DNA of 56,737 nucleotides from Alphaproteobacteria bacterium (GTDB lineage Bacteria; Pseudomonadota; Alphaproteobacteria; Paracaedibacterales; VGCI01): NCBI GenBank assembly GCA_021323455.1, contig JAJONN010000008.1, positions 1 to 56,737 of the forward strand, read 5' to 3'. Shown piece by piece: positions 56,526 to 56,737 of this stretch (position 1 is its first letter; each line of letters starts with the position of its first letter). The notes under the pieces were generated by a model. It saw only the letters and a program-made list of their open reading frames with translations, ran no database searches and was not told where the DNA came from. The position numbers and the translations under genes were made by a program.

Positions 56526-56737
56526 ATGAAAGGACAAATTTTGGAAACGTCGCCTCCCATTAACGCAGAACCTTCTTTCATTCGGCGTTTAGTGCTGCCT
56601 GTTTTTTGTGGGTTGGTCGGTATTTTAATAGCTATTGCTATCAGTCATATCCCTTACAGCTTTTCATCCCTCTTATTAAGCGGATTTTTAATCACTTTTA
56701 TTATTACGCATATATTCTGGTTTCACAAGGTAATGCA
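56526..56737 (+). CDS. Partial CDS (5' end) of a membrane protein running off the window
   Basis: An ATG at 56526 opens a frame that stays open to the window end. It has two hydrophobic segments (LVLPVFCGLVGILIAIAI; LLLSGFLITFIITHIFWF). Confidence 0.3.
   Translation, partial: MKGQILETSPPINAEPSFIRRLVLPVFCGLVGILIAIAISHIPYSFSSLLLSGFLITFIITHIFWFHKVM

Overview
This 56.7-kb chromosomal window looks alphaproteobacterial. Supporting features are a MipZ-type ParA ATPase, a CckA-like hybrid kinase, a GTTC-N7-GTTG box upstream of recA, a psd-pssA pair and an rpsF-rpsR-DUF2232-rplI arrangement. All functional calls come from motif and family recognition in the supplied translations; no searches were run. 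About three quarters of the window is housekeeping: murG, plsC, alaS, recA, arfB, gltA, cca, proC, psd, pssA, trxA, greA, a transaldolase, rpsF/rpsR/rplI, a pseudouridine synthase, tRNA-Met and tRNA-Leu. Accessory or decayed patches are interspersed. (1) At 16.3-21.7 kb an island of IS debris carries two tandem UmuD-like S24 peptidase genes with no umuC, an AT-rich heme-oxygenase-like (CADD/PqqC-like) gene and an orphan secreted protein. (2) At 23.4-25.7 kb there is a rubrerythrin / Fe-S oxidoreductase / DUF3501 operon whose middle gene is frameshifted. (3) At 27.6-30.3 kb a Fic gene is preceded by three exact-phase 24-bp direct repeats and is inactivated by a 16-bp tandem duplication plus a second frameshift. 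It is followed by an Amidase_2-like gene that appears to lack two of three zinc ligands. (4) At 42.1-46.1 kb hipBA has palindromic operators and sits next to an AT-rich set of three exported proteins. (5) A secreted Vps62/DUF946-like protein abuts mipZ tail-to-tail. An OXA-like class D beta-lactamase, an orphan pseudopilin, a truncated tRNA 5' half and a 251-bp inverted-repeat-bounded structured element are also present. I found no recognisable defence system, CRISPR array or rRNA. The strongest candidates for something undescribed are the polymerase-less tandem S24 module and the repeat-fronted Fic locus, and both are hypotheses. The several frameshifts suggest genome erosion in a host-associated lineage, or assembly errors; read-level data would distinguish the two.
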